In this document: positions 23,775 to 24,000 of the stretch, one piece after another
How positions within the stretch are numbered: the first letter of the stretch is position 1
How the letters are laid out: every line of letters starts with the position of its first letter
Assembly: GCA_016182845.1 (NCBI GenBank)
Contig: JACPFT010000018.1
Coordinates: 10,617 to 34,616 of the forward strand
Direction: 5' to 3'
Source: Gammaproteobacteria bacterium
GTDB lineage: Bacteria; Pseudomonadota; Gammaproteobacteria; Enterobacterales; Permianibacteraceae
Length of the DNA: 24,000 bases
Position numbers and translations under genes: made by a program
Notes under the pieces: model-generated
The model's database searches: none
What the model saw: only the letters and a program-made list of their open reading frames with translations
What the model was told of the DNA's origin: nothing

Positions 23775-24000
23775 TCAGGCGGCATCGGCCGGCAGGCGCA
23801 GCAGGGCCATCAGCTCGTCTTCCAGTTCGAAGCGGCTGGCCAGCTGTTCGCCCAGGCGGGACAGGTCGGCGTCGAATTCCGCCCGGAGTTCCTGATCGCC
23901 GCGTTCGCCATAGCGCTCGTCGAAGGACAGGACCGCGTCGGTGGTGGCGATGATCGCCGGGTAGAGGCGGCCGGCCTCCTGGGAGGCCCGGCTATCCTGC
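23775..24000 (-). CDS. 3' end of an unidentified CDS running off the window
   Basis: Frame open from the window edge to the TGA (complement of 23775-23777). Translation: ...RLYPAIIATTDAVLSFDERYGERGDQELRAEFDADLSRLGEQLASRFELEDELMALLRLPADAA. GC3-rich. It is absent from the ORF track because no start codon lies in the window. Confidence 0.4.
   Translation of the reverse strand, partial: QDSRASQEAGRLYPAIIATTDAVLSFDERYGERGDQELRAEFDADLSRLGEQLASRFELEDELMALLRLPADAA

Overview
This is a GC-rich gammaproteobacterial-type chromosomal segment, judged from the Pseudomonas-like smpB / ratA / rnfH / bamE / fur synteny. No species call is made.

Core genes:
- a secreted S8 subtilisin with a PA domain
- smpB, ratA-like and rnfH
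- bamE, divergent from fur
- a secreted metzincin-like protease
- ppiC and thiC
- a LetAB/PqiAB-type lipid-transport operon: two half-size PqiA genes plus an 8-MCE-domain protein
- an ATGA-coupled envelope-modification operon: LpxL-type acyltransferase with a long C-terminal extension, then a GT-C/ArnT-like membrane glycosyltransferase, then a GT2

The accessory part is about 1.66-8.3 kb, between the subtilisin and smpB, and is visibly more AT-rich. It carries Mu-type and other phage genes:
- an AntA-domain antirepressor-like protein
- a Mor-family activator
- a GpO/gpI-like scaffold or protease
- a DUF935/Mu-gp29-type portal
- orphan genes

I could recognise no integrase, transposase, terminase, major capsid or tail genes in it. 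Its non-coding parts are dense with short ordered repeats: GCGAAC iterons at 11-bp spacing, three copies of an operator-like motif, and a TTAAC-core cluster. Inverted copies of a REP-like element bracket the island. I consider this island the best candidate for something undescribed, either a helper-dependent satellite or mini-Mu-like element or simply a decayed prophage.

Several REP/MITE-like palindromes occupy the core intergenic regions. I could identify no CRISPR array, tRNA, rRNA or tmRNA, and no THI-box. All homology statements come from motif recognition by eye. No database search was run.
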